NCBI GenBank assembly: GCA_942491575.1
Contig: CALOBT010000025.1
Location: 2,334,321 to 2,358,320 of the forward strand
DNA from: an uncultured Spirochaetota bacterium
GTDB lineage: Bacteria > Spirochaetota > UBA4802 > UBA5550
Direction of reading: 5' to 3'
DNA: 24,000 nucleotides
Both the position numbers and the translations under genes were made by a program. Numbering within the stretch: position 1 is the first letter of the stretch; the number at the start of each line of letters is the position of its first letter. A model generated the notes under the pieces. That model did not search any database. It was not told the DNA's origin and saw only the letters and a program-made list of their open reading frames with translations. Positions 1 to 8,826 of the stretch are shown here, piece by piece.

Positions 1-1052
1 CCGTAATTATAAATTATGCCGTCACAATAATTCAACTCCTGCAGGGCCTGAACCACTTCCTCATCATCAAGCTTTTCTTCTACCACTCTGCAAATATCCG
101 TATCACTGAAAATCAGGTTGACCATAATATCCCTTTTCCGGATCCTCTCGACCTCCATCATAAAGATGCCGAATCTTTCGGGAGATATAGATCCGCTGAC
201 ATCAACAATTACCGCCACCATGAGCATTCGTTTAGGATGAGCACGAAGAGACGGGAAGGGGAATCCCATCTTTCGATGGGGTCGCCTTTTTGAGAGGAGC
301 ACTTCCACCTCCGTAATGCTGCGCCGGAAAAGACATGCCTTCAGATAACGGCGAAGAAGCAGCCGCCAGGAGCTCTTTTGCAGGGGCCTCTCACTCTCCT
401 CTATTTCAAGGGGTATGTTGCCCTGGAGGTGGTGGGGAAGTTTTCCCCCTGCAGCCTTAAGGGCCCCCGTCAGAGTCCGCTCTACACCTCTTTGATTAAG
501 CATCCTCTGTTCCGGCGGGGAAGAATCCGAATCAGCGTCCTCCCTTTCCCACTGCCGGTGGTCATCATCGGTTTCACCCTCCACACATGTGTCGTCCTTT
601 TCCGCTAGTAATGCATAGTAATATTCCGCGTCACGCAGGGGCTCTGCTTCATCCTCATTAAAAATCCTCCCGGGAACCATAAAACCGGATGGACACTCCT
701 CCAGAAGCTGGTTTATCGCCATGTCACAGGCCATGCCGAAGAACCGCGGATTTCGATCTCCGAGACGCAGGGGATGCCGGAAAAGAAGATGAAGTATTTC
801 GTGTTCAAGGAGGGCGAGACGTTCCCGCTCCCCCGCGGCGAGAAAAAAATCAGTATTGACTGTAAGCACCGGCTCATCATCCTCCAGGGAGATTCCCATG
901 TTGCTTACTTTGGAAGAAAACCGTTTTACCACACGGTTCAGGACTTCGAAATAAAAACGTTTCTCAATGACAAGAGAGACTATGATCTCCCCCAGAAGTT
1001 TTTCTGCTTCATTTTGTCTTGAAGAGAATGTAGTCTTATCGGCTACTGCCAC
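1..1052 (-). CDS. VWA-like domain protein with N-terminal HExxH putative metallopeptidase domain (DUF2201-type); the 3' end runs off the window
   Basis: Absent from the supplied ORF track because it is open at the left edge. My translation of the minus strand from GTG at 1052 (purine-rich SD-like GGAAGGAAAAGAG upstream) gives an uninterrupted ~350-codon frame: VAVADKTTFSSRQNEAEKLL...LALLEHEILHLLFRHPL (HExxH)...RMLMVAVIVDVSGSISPERF (DxSxS MIDAS-like motif of a VWA fold). It lies directly downstream of a MoxR-type AAA+ ATPase, its usual genomic partner. Confidence 0.7.
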   Translation of the reverse strand, partial: MAVADKTTFSSRQNEAEKLLGEIIVSLVIEKRFYFEVLNRVVKRFSSKVSNMGISLEDDEPVLTVNTDFFLAAGERERLALLEHEILHLLFRHPLRLGDRNPRFFGMACDMAINQLLEECPSGFMVPGRIFNEDEAEPLRDAEYYYALLAEKDDTCVEGETDDDHRQWEREDADSDSSPPEQRMLNQRGVERTLTGALKAAGGKLPHHLQGNIPLEIEESERPLQKSSWRLLLRRYLKACLFRRSITEVEVLLSKRRPHRKMGFPFPSLRAHPKRMLMVAVIVDVSGSISPERFGIFMMEVERIRKRDIMVNLIFSDTDICRVVEEKLDDEEVVQALQELNYCDGIIYNY

Positions 1053-1122
1053 CTTTTACTCTTTTCCTTCCTGATTAATTTTCACAGGCTCCGCCGCCAT
1101 ATACAGCCGTAACCTGCCTGCA

Positions 1123-2280
1123 TCAGATCCGCTCACCGATTCGCCTGTCAGGATGCTGTTCTATCAGGCGACGGTATCGCTCCTTCAGCAGGGTATCTGA
1201 TTTGATATGGCCAATTATCCCGGGGAGATATTCCCCCGCCAGGACCTCACGGAGTGTGACAAGAAATGCAATTATCTGCTCGTCTTTAAGGGAAAAGACA
1301 CAATGTAAAAAATTATCCATCCCCCGTGTTTCCTTCAGTCTCCGGTATGATTCACGGTCCTGCAGATAATTTATTACGAAGCGGTCCCGGAGAGCCATAA
1401 TTATATCATGCCGTTTATCACGGCATTCTGCGATTTTGTTTTGTATACCGCCGCTGGTATGCCAGGTCTCCAGTATTAAATTAAGCAGATCTTCAACTTC
1501 ACGATAAAAGGAATCCATATATTCAATAAAATCCGCACTGTTACCCGGACCAATGAGGCCTTCGGCAATGTACCTGGCAAGATACATCTCGGAAGGTCTC
1601 ATTACCGCATATATCCTGCTGAACAGTTCAAAACTTCGCGGGGTGGCATCAACAGGAACTTCCAGTCTGTCTTCAGCCATGGCGATATCCCTGTCAGCAA
1701 CGAAACTCTTAACTTCCCTGGTAAAATTTTTTCCCGTCATTACATGCCGTCTGAACTGCCGCCGGTCATAGGCGACACCTGCCTTTAAAAACCTGTCATA
1801 AAGAGAATCATCGATGGGAGATACAAAATACTGTTCATTCTCAGTATCCGGATTCATTGCTGAAACAATGGACCACCCATCCGGGAGCCGGTAGGGATCA
1901 CCATTTTTCCTGATGCCACCTATTTCACGGTCCCGGACCAGCTGAAAAACCGCCTGCAGCACATCAATACGGGCCCTGTTTATTTCATCCAGGAAAAGAA
2001 TCCCCTTCCCTTTTTCGGGCAGCCACTCTGGAGGGGAAAAACGCATCAATCCGTTTTTTTCATCCCGGTAGGGAAATCCGACTATATCCTGTGCTTCCAT
2101 ATAGGAAAGCCTGATATCAACCAGTTCCAGATTTTCCCTGGCGCAGAACTGCTTTACTGCTTCACTCTTCCCGATACCCTTATGCCCTATTGCCAGAACA
2201 GGCACCCGCGCCCGGTAAGAGGGACCTAAAATATCCCTGAACTGGTTTACGGTAATATTAGAAATAATTTCCTTCGCCAA
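1123..2280 (-). CDS. MoxR-like AAA+ ATPase (AAA_5 type)
   Basis: 385-aa ORF. Walker A GHKGIGKS and Walker B ILFLDEINRA are present. TTG start is preceded by AAAGGAG. It starts 3 nt after the stop of the ankyrin gene, so operon linkage is likely. Confidence 0.85.
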   Translation of the reverse strand: MAKEIISNITVNQFRDILGPSYRARVPVLAIGHKGIGKSEAVKQFCARENLELVDIRLSYMEAQDIVGFPYRDEKNGLMRFSPPEWLPEKGKGILFLDEINRARIDVLQAVFQLVRDREIGGIRKNGDPYRLPDGWSIVSAMNPDTENEQYFVSPIDDSLYDRFLKAGVAYDRRQFRRHVMTGKNFTREVKSFVADRDIAMAEDRLEVPVDATPRSFELFSRIYAVMRPSEMYLARYIAEGLIGPGNSADFIEYMDSFYREVEDLLNLILETWHTSGGIQNKIAECRDKRHDIIMALRDRFVINYLQDRESYRRLKETRGMDNFLHCVFSLKDEQIIAFLVTLREVLAGEYLPGIIGHIKSDTLLKERYRRLIEQHPDRRIGERI

Positions 2281-2283
2281 CCC

Positions 2284-2895
2284 TTACTCCTTTCTTCGAG
2301 CGATAAATTCATCCCCGGAGATAAAAACATACCACGAATCTCCCACAAGGTCCACAGCAACAAGGCTTGATGAATCAGAATCTCTATTCACCTCCAGGTA
2401 GCAGTAATGAAAATCGGGATTTGACCCTATAACGGGACTCCAGATCAGGGGATCATTTTTACGGGGTGACATGAAGGAGACCAGACTTCCACCATCCGGA
2501 AAATCACAGGACTCTTCCTTCCTTAGCAGTCCCTCTTTGAGAAGTCTCTCCGCAAGGACATAAAGAACTTCCCCATATTTTCCCTTTACCGCCCTGGAGA
2601 GGGGAGTTTCTCCATGGGTATCCTCACTCCCAGGATGGGCGCCATTACCCAGGAGAATCTCAACTGCCCGTCGGCACCCCTTCTCTGACGCCACCATAAG
2701 AGGAGTGACACCGTGAATATCTCGAGTATCAACAGCAGCACCAAAATCAATGAGGAGTTTTAAAAGATCCGGTCTGCAGAGATAAGCGGCACTATGCACG
2801 GCACTGAAGCCGAAGCGATCTTCAACATTAGGATCGGCCCCATCCTCAAGATACTGTTTCAATAACGATGCATCAGTTGCATATAAAAGAGACAT
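2284..2895 (-). CDS. Ankyrin-repeat protein with an unrecognised ~70-aa C-terminal domain
   Basis: 203-aa ORF with about three ankyrin-type repeats (GADPNVEDRFGFSAVHSAAYLCRPDLLKLLIDFGAAVDTRDIHGVTPLMVASEKGCRRAVEILLGNGAHP...GETPLSRAV). A GGAGGTAGAGG SD precedes the ATG. Confidence 0.85.
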   Translation of the reverse strand: MSLLYATDASLLKQYLEDGADPNVEDRFGFSAVHSAAYLCRPDLLKLLIDFGAAVDTRDIHGVTPLMVASEKGCRRAVEILLGNGAHPGSEDTHGETPLSRAVKGKYGEVLYVLAERLLKEGLLRKEESCDFPDGGSLVSFMSPRKNDPLIWSPVIGSNPDFHYCYLEVNRDSDSSSLVAVDLVGDSWYVFISGDEFIARRKE

Positions 2896-2972
2896 CCTCT
2901 ACCTCCTGCTGCGGCAGTTACCAGTTGAGTGGCTCTATATAGAATTTTCAGCAGTATTCACGGAGAGACTTA

Positions 2973-4682
2973 TCAGTTGGAACGTATTACGGCTATTCCC
3001 TTATTGTGCATAACCTTTTCAAGACGGCTCCCCAGCAGTTCGATTTTAATCGGTTTACCGATATATTCATCCATGCCTGCATCAAAACACTGTTTCCTTA
3101 TTTCATCCTGAACATGGGCAGTCATGGCGATAATGGGAATATCCTTTTTCTCCATTCCCACTTCTCCTTTTCGGATTCGCAGAGTTGCCTCGATCCCATC
3201 CATATGGGGCATTTCAATATCCATGAGGATGAGGTCAAACATGGTTTTTCGCATCTGCTCCAGAACAACAAGTCCATTTTTTGCAACAGTTACCTCATGT
3301 CCCAGTTTTCGGAGAACAATGGCATTCAATTTCTGATTTATCTCATTATCCTCCGCCATGAGAATTTTATAGGTCTGTCCGATGGAAGGTTTACTGATTA
3401 TATCTTCACGGGGCTGCAATTCATCTGATTTAGCCACCTCAATGGGAATGTAAAAACTGAAGGTGCTTCCCTTTTCCTGTTCACTCTCCACACGGATGCT
3501 CCCCTCCATTTTTTCAACCAGCTGCCGGCATATTGCCAGGCCCAGACCGGTCCCTCCGTACTTTCTGGAAATACTGTCATCCGACTGTGTGAAGCTTTCA
3601 AAAATCGAGTCAAGTCTCTCTTCGGGGATACCGATTCCCGTATCATTAACGGAACACATTAAATTAATTTTACTTTTATCATCGCTACGAACAGATACCT
3701 TTACCACTACTCCGCCCCGGGAGGTAAACTTCAGGGCGTTATTGATAAGATTAATCAAAATCTGCCGAAGCCGCGTAGGGTCTGTACTGACCGCAACAGG
3801 AAGATCCTCGTCATAAACCAATTCGAGATACAGGCTTTTTTCTCCCGCCTTGATGCTCATGGTTCGAATAATATCATTCATAAAACGACGCAGGTTGAAG
3901 GGAATTTTTTCCAGGAGAAGTTTTCCCGCTTCTATTTTAGAAAAATCGAGTATGTCATTAATTATTCCCATAAGGTGATCCGCGGATTCGCGTACCGTAA
4001 TGAGATAATCGAGTTTTTCGGAATCATCGTCAGTCATAAAGGCAAGATTAACCATACCGATTACAGCATTAAGGGGGGTGCGAATCTCATGGCTCATTCG
4101 GGCCAGAAACTGTCCCTTCACCTTGCTGGCCAATTCCGTATGCTCCATGGCATAACGAAGTTCCTCTTCAGTGCGGACCCTCTCAGCAATTTCAGCTTCC
4201 AGTTCCCTGTTGACCTTCTCCAGATCCTCTGTCCGCGCCTCCACCAGTTCCTCCAGCGACCTGGCACGTTCACTGTTTTCACTCATCAACCGTGACCGAA
4301 GAAGAACCCGTTCAAGGACCTGCAGGATCAGCTCCATTTCAATAACCGGTTTAGTCAAATAATCCCAGGCTCCCATCCTCTGTGCAGTAATGACGTCCTG
4401 CACCCGGTCGACGCCGGACATGATCACCACCGGGATTTCCGATGACTCCTTTGTCACAACCTCCAGTACCTCGAAGCCGTCCATTTCCGGCATCCTCAAG
4501 TCAAGGAGTACCGCATCAGGTTTTATTTCAGAAAATTTAGTCAGACCTTCCCGGCCATTGCCGGCGGTTTCCACCCTGTAGCCGGCATCGATGAGGTAAT
4601 CGGCGGTTGCCTCGAGAACTATATTCTCATCATCTATGCAGAGAATAAGAGGCTTTTCTTGCACTTCTTCTTTTATATTCAT
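2973..4682 (-). CDS. Hybrid sensor histidine kinase, cytoplasmic: REC - coiled coil - HisKA - HATPase_c - REC
   Basis: 569 aa. N-terminal receiver (ILCIDDE...DAVLLDLRMPEMDG...YLTKP), H-box MSHEIRTPLN, N-box LINLINNALKFT, G-boxes DTGIGI and GGTGLGL, and a C-terminal receiver (ILMAEDNEINQ...DLILMDIEMPHMDG...EYIGKP). No TM segments. Confidence 0.9.
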   Translation of the reverse strand: MNIKEEVQEKPLILCIDDENIVLEATADYLIDAGYRVETAGNGREGLTKFSEIKPDAVLLDLRMPEMDGFEVLEVVTKESSEIPVVIMSGVDRVQDVITAQRMGAWDYLTKPVIEMELILQVLERVLLRSRLMSENSERARSLEELVEARTEDLEKVNRELEAEIAERVRTEEELRYAMEHTELASKVKGQFLARMSHEIRTPLNAVIGMVNLAFMTDDDSEKLDYLITVRESADHLMGIINDILDFSKIEAGKLLLEKIPFNLRRFMNDIIRTMSIKAGEKSLYLELVYDEDLPVAVSTDPTRLRQILINLINNALKFTSRGGVVVKVSVRSDDKSKINLMCSVNDTGIGIPEERLDSIFESFTQSDDSISRKYGGTGLGLAICRQLVEKMEGSIRVESEQEKGSTFSFYIPIEVAKSDELQPREDIISKPSIGQTYKILMAEDNEINQKLNAIVLRKLGHEVTVAKNGLVVLEQMRKTMFDLILMDIEMPHMDGIEATLRIRKGEVGMEKKDIPIIAMTAHVQDEIRKQCFDAGMDEYIGKPIKIELLGSRLEKVMHNKGIAVIRSN

Positions 4683-4771
4683 AACAGGAATAAATTAGTA
4701 CAAACCGGATATTAACGCCAACAGGCAAAAATAAAACAGAGCGCTTAAAAGACTGCAATACGTTCTTTAGA

Positions 4772-4800
4772 ATTATAACATAACAGGGGGCCCCTGTCAA
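4772..4800 (-). promoter_or_regulatory. Consensus sigma70-type promoter (TTGACA-17 nt-TATAAT) reading toward the hybrid kinase operon
   Basis: The reverse complement of 4771-4800 reads TTGACA GGGGCCCCCTGTTATGT TATAAT. Both hexamers are perfect and the spacer is 17 nt. It sits ~85 nt upstream of the ATG at 4682. The spacer contains the GC-rich palindrome ACAGGGG(G)CCCCTGT. Confidence 0.6.
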
Positions 4801-4808
4801 ATTATTAC

Positions 4809-4837
4809 TTGCACCGGCAGTGTTAATATTCCATAAT
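4809..4837 (+). promoter_or_regulatory. Candidate sigma70-type promoter for the NUDIX gene (TTGCAC-17 nt-CATAAT)
   Basis: TTGCAC at 4809-4814, a 17-nt spacer, and CATAAT at 4832-4837. A strong SD (AAAGGAGAAG) follows before the ATG at 4862. It lies back-to-back with the minus-strand promoter. Confidence 0.4.
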
Positions 4838-4861
4838 CAAACTCCCTGAAAGGAGAAGATT

Positions 4862-5344
4862 ATGCAACTCTACAAATTCTGCCCCCTCTGTGCCGCAAAA
4901 CTTAAAACAAAAGAAATCGACAATAAAAAGCGCCTTGTCTGCTCTTCCAATGCATGCAGTTTTGTTTTCTGGAACAACCCCCTTCCCGTTGTGGCTGCCC
5001 TGATAGAACATGAGGGAATGATTCTTCTGGCCCGCAACGCCGCATGGCCTGAAAAGGTTTTTGCCCTCGTAACGGGATTTCTGGAAGAAGGGGAATCACC
5101 TGAGGCAGCAGTAATTCGCGAGGTGCAGGAAGAAGTGGGCCTCACGGGAGAAATTATCAAATTGATAGGACTTTATCCCCATGAACCGGCGAACCAGATC
5201 ATTATGGCTTTTCATGTCAGGGCGGAGGGAGAGATCAGGCTCAATGAAGAGATTGCCGAAACAAGACATGTTCATCGTGATAAACTGCGTCCCTGGCCAT
5301 TCGGTACGGGACTTGCCGTAAAAGACTGGCTTGAACAGGGCTGA
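4862..5344 (+). CDS. NUDIX hydrolase with N-terminal zinc ribbon (NudC-like layout)
   Basis: 160 aa. It has CPLC...CSSNAC (four Cys) and the Nudix box GFLEEGESPEAAVIREVQEEVGL. Confidence 0.85.
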   Translation: MQLYKFCPLCAAKLKTKEIDNKKRLVCSSNACSFVFWNNPLPVVAALIEHEGMILLARNAAWPEKVFALVTGFLEEGESPEAAVIREVQEEVGLTGEIIKLIGLYPHEPANQIIMAFHVRAEGEIRLNEEIAETRHVHRDKLRPWPFGTGLAVKDWLEQG

Positions 5345-5638
5345 CCCCCTTCATTTCAAAAACAAACCAGTAGAGCCATCATTGTTATTCATTCCCCTAC
5401 ACTTATCGTTTGTTCCCACTATCCCCTTCGTTATATGAAATAACTTGACATAATTCAATTTCCAGATCATTTACAATATTAAGTTGCTTAAACGGATCCC
5501 TCTGTGTGGAGGGCCCCGTGATTTTCACGATGGTTCTGAGTTTTCCGGGCAGCTGAATATCCACACAATCCGATACTGTATTTTCTCTTATTCTAATCAG
5601 TGTTGCATGAATATTTATTCATAGCCTGTAACATCTTC

Positions 5639-5664
5639 GCTCCCTGCCTGGGAGCTTTTTTTTT
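5639..5664 (+). terminator. Rho-independent terminator-like hairpin
   Basis: GCTCCC (5639-5644), loop TGCCT, GGGAGC (5650-5655), immediately followed by T9 (5656-5664). It lies 295 nt after the NUDIX stop and 57 nt before the ATG at 5721. Confidence 0.55.
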
Positions 5665-5720
5665 CTTTACATTCCTGAATATTTCTTACTTCCTGTCTAA
5701 AAACATCAAAATGAATATTA

Positions 5721-8700
5721 ATGCAACATAATAGAAAATTCTGCATATTCAGGGTACTAGCCGCAATGCTGCTGTTTCAGTCCCTCTTCTCCGCATTTCC
5801 GGTAAAGGCCGAACCAGCAGCGGTTACCCCCTCCCCCGGCATCCCCCTTATTGACGGATGGCACTATCGCTATGAAAACCCTGAGCAGAAAAATACGGCT
5901 AAAAACAGCGAAATAAAATGGCTTCCTGCGGAAAAAATGATGAACCTGCCTGGGCGCAACAAACGGACTGTTTTGCGGCTCCGTTATCTACTGCCAGAAG
6001 ACCTTTCCTGGGGGGATACATCGGTATTTTTTCCAAAATTCATTGTTAATAACTATGAAGTCTACCTGGATGAAGAAAAATTATTCAGTACTGCCGGCAA
6101 AGAAATCAATCCTGTCACCGATATAAGCTTTGACGCCTTCCGCTGGCAGATCATCCACCTTGGGGAAAACTGGCAGGGAAAACATCTCGAGCTGAAGATA
6201 TATTCCAATTTGAAAAATATCGGAATTTATGAACAAATCCACCTTGGTTCCTCTTCGGGACACATTGAACGTATGGTTCAGAATGATATTCTCGATATTA
6301 TCATCGCTGCAATTTTTCTTTTCCTCTCCATTGTCACCCTGATAATATTTGGAATCAGAAAAGACCAGCGCGCCTTTACCGGCTTCTCCCTTTTTGCACT
6401 CTGTCTTGCAATATATATTGCGGTACACACTGAAATAATTTTTGTTATTTTTCAAACAATTATGCCCTGGCCATACCTGTGGCTCTTTTCAGTATTTTTT
6501 CTACCGGTAGGATTTTTACTTTTTGTAAAAGAAATCAGGAGTGGAGGGACCAGCACGATATTGCGCCTCTCTCTCCTTTTTTCCATCCTGGGCGGGATGG
6601 CGATGCTCCTTGCAGTTACCGGAACAATTGATATCCTCACCGTGCGGATTCCCCTCTACATTTTATACCTGGCGACACTCCCCTATCTTGTATTTATCCT
6701 TATCAGGGAAACAGTAACGGGAAACAAGGATGCCCGTATTCTCATTACCGGGATTCTCGCCATCCTGGCGTCCTTTGTACCGGCAATCCTCCAGGCAGTA
6801 TTCGGGATCATGTCGGAAGTAGAAGCCCCCATCTTCGCCGGTTCCGCACTGCTGGCGGCAGCCATGGTGGCAGTTTTAATCAGGCGCCTCTCAAATACCT
6901 ACCGTGAGCTGGAAGTATATTCAGAGCGGCTCCGGGAGGCTGACCACCAGAAGGATGAGTTTCTCGCCCATACCTCCCACGAACTGCGCACGCCACTTAA
7001 TGGTATCATGGGAATTGCAGAGACCCTTCAAAACGATCTGCAGGAAGCCGGCGACGAAAACTCCCAAAGGCATCTCTCCCTCATTATTGCAAGCAGTCGA
7101 CGCCTCTCGAACCTGGTTAACGATATTCTCGATTATTCCAAACTGAAAAACAGCAAGATACGTCTCGAACGGTCTCCCCTCGACATGAAATCCCTTACGG
7201 ATGTCGTGATCGAATTTATGACCCCGATGATTCAGCATCGCGACATTAATATTATCAATGCTATACCAACCGAACTTCCCCTCGCCTTCGCCGATGAAGA
7301 GAGGTGCCACCAGATCCTCTACAACCTCATCGGCAATGCCATTAAATTCACTGACGCAGGGACCATCACCATCACCGCCTCTGAATGCATCATTCCGGAA
7401 AACTCAGACTCGGATCCGAAGAGTAAAAAAAATCACCTGAAGTTTGCAATCTCCGATACAGGAGTAGGGATGGAAAGGGGTATCCAGGAAAAAATTTTCA
7501 AACCCTATGAACAGGGACATGAAGCTGGTAACAATGAATACGGAGGAACCGGAATAGGCCTTTTCATTGTACGTCACCTCGTTGAACTGCACGGGGGAAC
7601 AATCAATGTATCAAGCTCTCCCGGCACGGGATCCACCTTCACCTTTACAATTCCCGCCAGCCTCGAAACCGGGAAAAAACAGAGGGCCCGCTCACATGCG
7701 GCATCCAAAACAGTTCAGTATGAAACAAATCCTGAAACGGAAATATCTCCCAGGCTGCCTGATTCAGGTGCCCATATTCTCGTAGTTGATGATGACCCCA
7801 TCAACCTTGAGGTCCTCAGCAGTATATTCAAGAAATCAGGCATGTCAATAACCACTGCCATTAACGGTAACGATGCCCTCGATATAATACTCGAAAGGGA
7901 AAAGGAACACGATCCTCCATTCGACCTGATCCTCCTGGATGTGATGATGCCCAGGATGTCAGGATACGAATTGACTTCCCTCATAAGGCATCGCTATTCC
8001 ATGCACGATCTTCCCATCATTGTGGTTACTGCACGAAATACCATACCAGACCTGGTAGCCGCCTTTAATGCAGGTGCTAATGATTATATTACCAAACCTA
8101 TCAATCGCAAAGAACTGATCGCACGTGCGAGCAATCTTGTAACCCTGCACCGGATGGTAAGAGAACACCGCGAGGCACGCTACAAGATTCTACAGGAAAG
8201 AATGAGCCCCCACTTCCTTTTCAACGCACTCAATACTATCCATGCACTCCTTGCGAAAGATCCAGCATCCGCGGATAAGGCGGTACTGAAGCTGGCACAT
8301 AACTACCGGTATATACTGAACCATAGTTTTAAGAAGGTGGTCGACTTTGATGAAGAATGGGATTTTGTTATTAATTACCTCAGCCTTGAAGAACTTTTCT
8401 ACCGCGACCACCTTACGGTAACAACAGAAAAAGTAGGTACTTTCCATGATATCGAAATCCCCCCCCTGATCATACAGCCCATAGTGGAAAATGCACTGAA
8501 GCACGGCGTTTATAATGTAGATGACCATGGAGTAATTTACCTCAGGGCGGAACGGAATCAAAATAATGTTAAAATAACCGTGCAGGATAACGGCAACGGC
8601 CTGGGAGAATCACCGAAGAAGGAAAGGTCCCTCGCCAACATTCTGGAAAGGCTGCAGTATTTCTATGACGATGCTTCTCTCGACATTAAGGAAAATCCCC

Positions 8701-8798
8701 TGAGGGGCGTTACAGTCACCATATCTTTTTCTCTCGACGGGAAGAGCCATACTGAAGAAAAAAAAGAGACCGAAGACATAAAAGAATTAAAGAATTGA
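5721..8798 (+). CDS. Multidomain 7TM sensor: signal peptide - extracytoplasmic domain - 7 TM - HisKA/HATPase_c - REC - LytS/YehU-type His_kinase/HATPase
   Basis: 1025 aa.
- Signal peptide ending ...AFPVKAEP.
- About seven hydrophobic helices between residues ~190 and 390.
- H-box HTSHELRTPLN, N-box LYNLIGNAIKFT, G-boxes DTGVGM and GGTGIGL.
- Receiver HILVVDDDPINL...DLILLDVMMPRMSG...DYITKP.
- A second kinase core with the LytS-family signature MSPHFLFNALNTI and ATPase motifs IIQPIVENALKHG and VQDNGNGL. Confidence 0.9.
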   Translation: MQHNRKFCIFRVLAAMLLFQSLFSAFPVKAEPAAVTPSPGIPLIDGWHYRYENPEQKNTAKNSEIKWLPAEKMMNLPGRNKRTVLRLRYLLPEDLSWGDTSVFFPKFIVNNYEVYLDEEKLFSTAGKEINPVTDISFDAFRWQIIHLGENWQGKHLELKIYSNLKNIGIYEQIHLGSSSGHIERMVQNDILDIIIAAIFLFLSIVTLIIFGIRKDQRAFTGFSLFALCLAIYIAVHTEIIFVIFQTIMPWPYLWLFSVFFLPVGFLLFVKEIRSGGTSTILRLSLLFSILGGMAMLLAVTGTIDILTVRIPLYILYLATLPYLVFILIRETVTGNKDARILITGILAILASFVPAILQAVFGIMSEVEAPIFAGSALLAAAMVAVLIRRLSNTYRELEVYSERLREADHQKDEFLAHTSHELRTPLNGIMGIAETLQNDLQEAGDENSQRHLSLIIASSRRLSNLVNDILDYSKLKNSKIRLERSPLDMKSLTDVVIEFMTPMIQHRDINIINAIPTELPLAFADEERCHQILYNLIGNAIKFTDAGTITITASECIIPENSDSDPKSKKNHLKFAISDTGVGMERGIQEKIFKPYEQGHEAGNNEYGGTGIGLFIVRHLVELHGGTINVSSSPGTGSTFTFTIPASLETGKKQRARSHAASKTVQYETNPETEISPRLPDSGAHILVVDDDPINLEVLSSIFKKSGMSITTAINGNDALDIILEREKEHDPPFDLILLDVMMPRMSGYELTSLIRHRYSMHDLPIIVVTARNTIPDLVAAFNAGANDYITKPINRKELIARASNLVTLHRMVREHREARYKILQERMSPHFLFNALNTIHALLAKDPASADKAVLKLAHNYRYILNHSFKKVVDFDEEWDFVINYLSLEELFYRDHLTVTTEKVGTFHDIEIPPLIIQPIVENALKHGVYNVDDHGVIYLRAERNQNNVKITVQDNGNGLGESPKKERSLANILERLQYFYDDASLDIKENPLRGVTVTISFSLDGKSHTEEKKETEDIKELKN

Positions 8799-8826
8799 AA
8801 GTAAAATCATTACAACAGCAGGGATA

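Noticed and set aside
378-1022. Plus-strand ORFs 378-608 and 774-1022
   Set aside because: They lie antisense to a longer, motif-bearing minus-strand frame (HExxH plus a VWA DxSxS motif) that spans 1-1052 without stops. Their products have no recognisable motifs.
3006-4581. Several plus-strand ORFs (3006-3428, 3463-3816, 3975-4295 and others) inside the hybrid kinase gene
   Set aside because: They are antisense shadow ORFs. Their products are low-complexity and Ser/Arg-rich with no motifs, while the minus-strand frame carries complete REC, HisKA and HATPase signatures.
5445-5477. TTGACA at 5445-5450 with TACAAT at 5472-5477 as a promoter for a leader or sRNA
   Set aside because: The spacer is 21 nt, too long for a standard sigma70 promoter. 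The hexamer at a 17-nt spacing (CATTTA) is poor. It is therefore not annotated.
6081-8561. Minus-strand ORFs within the 1025-aa sensor gene (for example 6921-7310 and 8190-8561)
   Set aside because: They are shadow ORFs opposite a continuous, domain-rich plus-strand frame.
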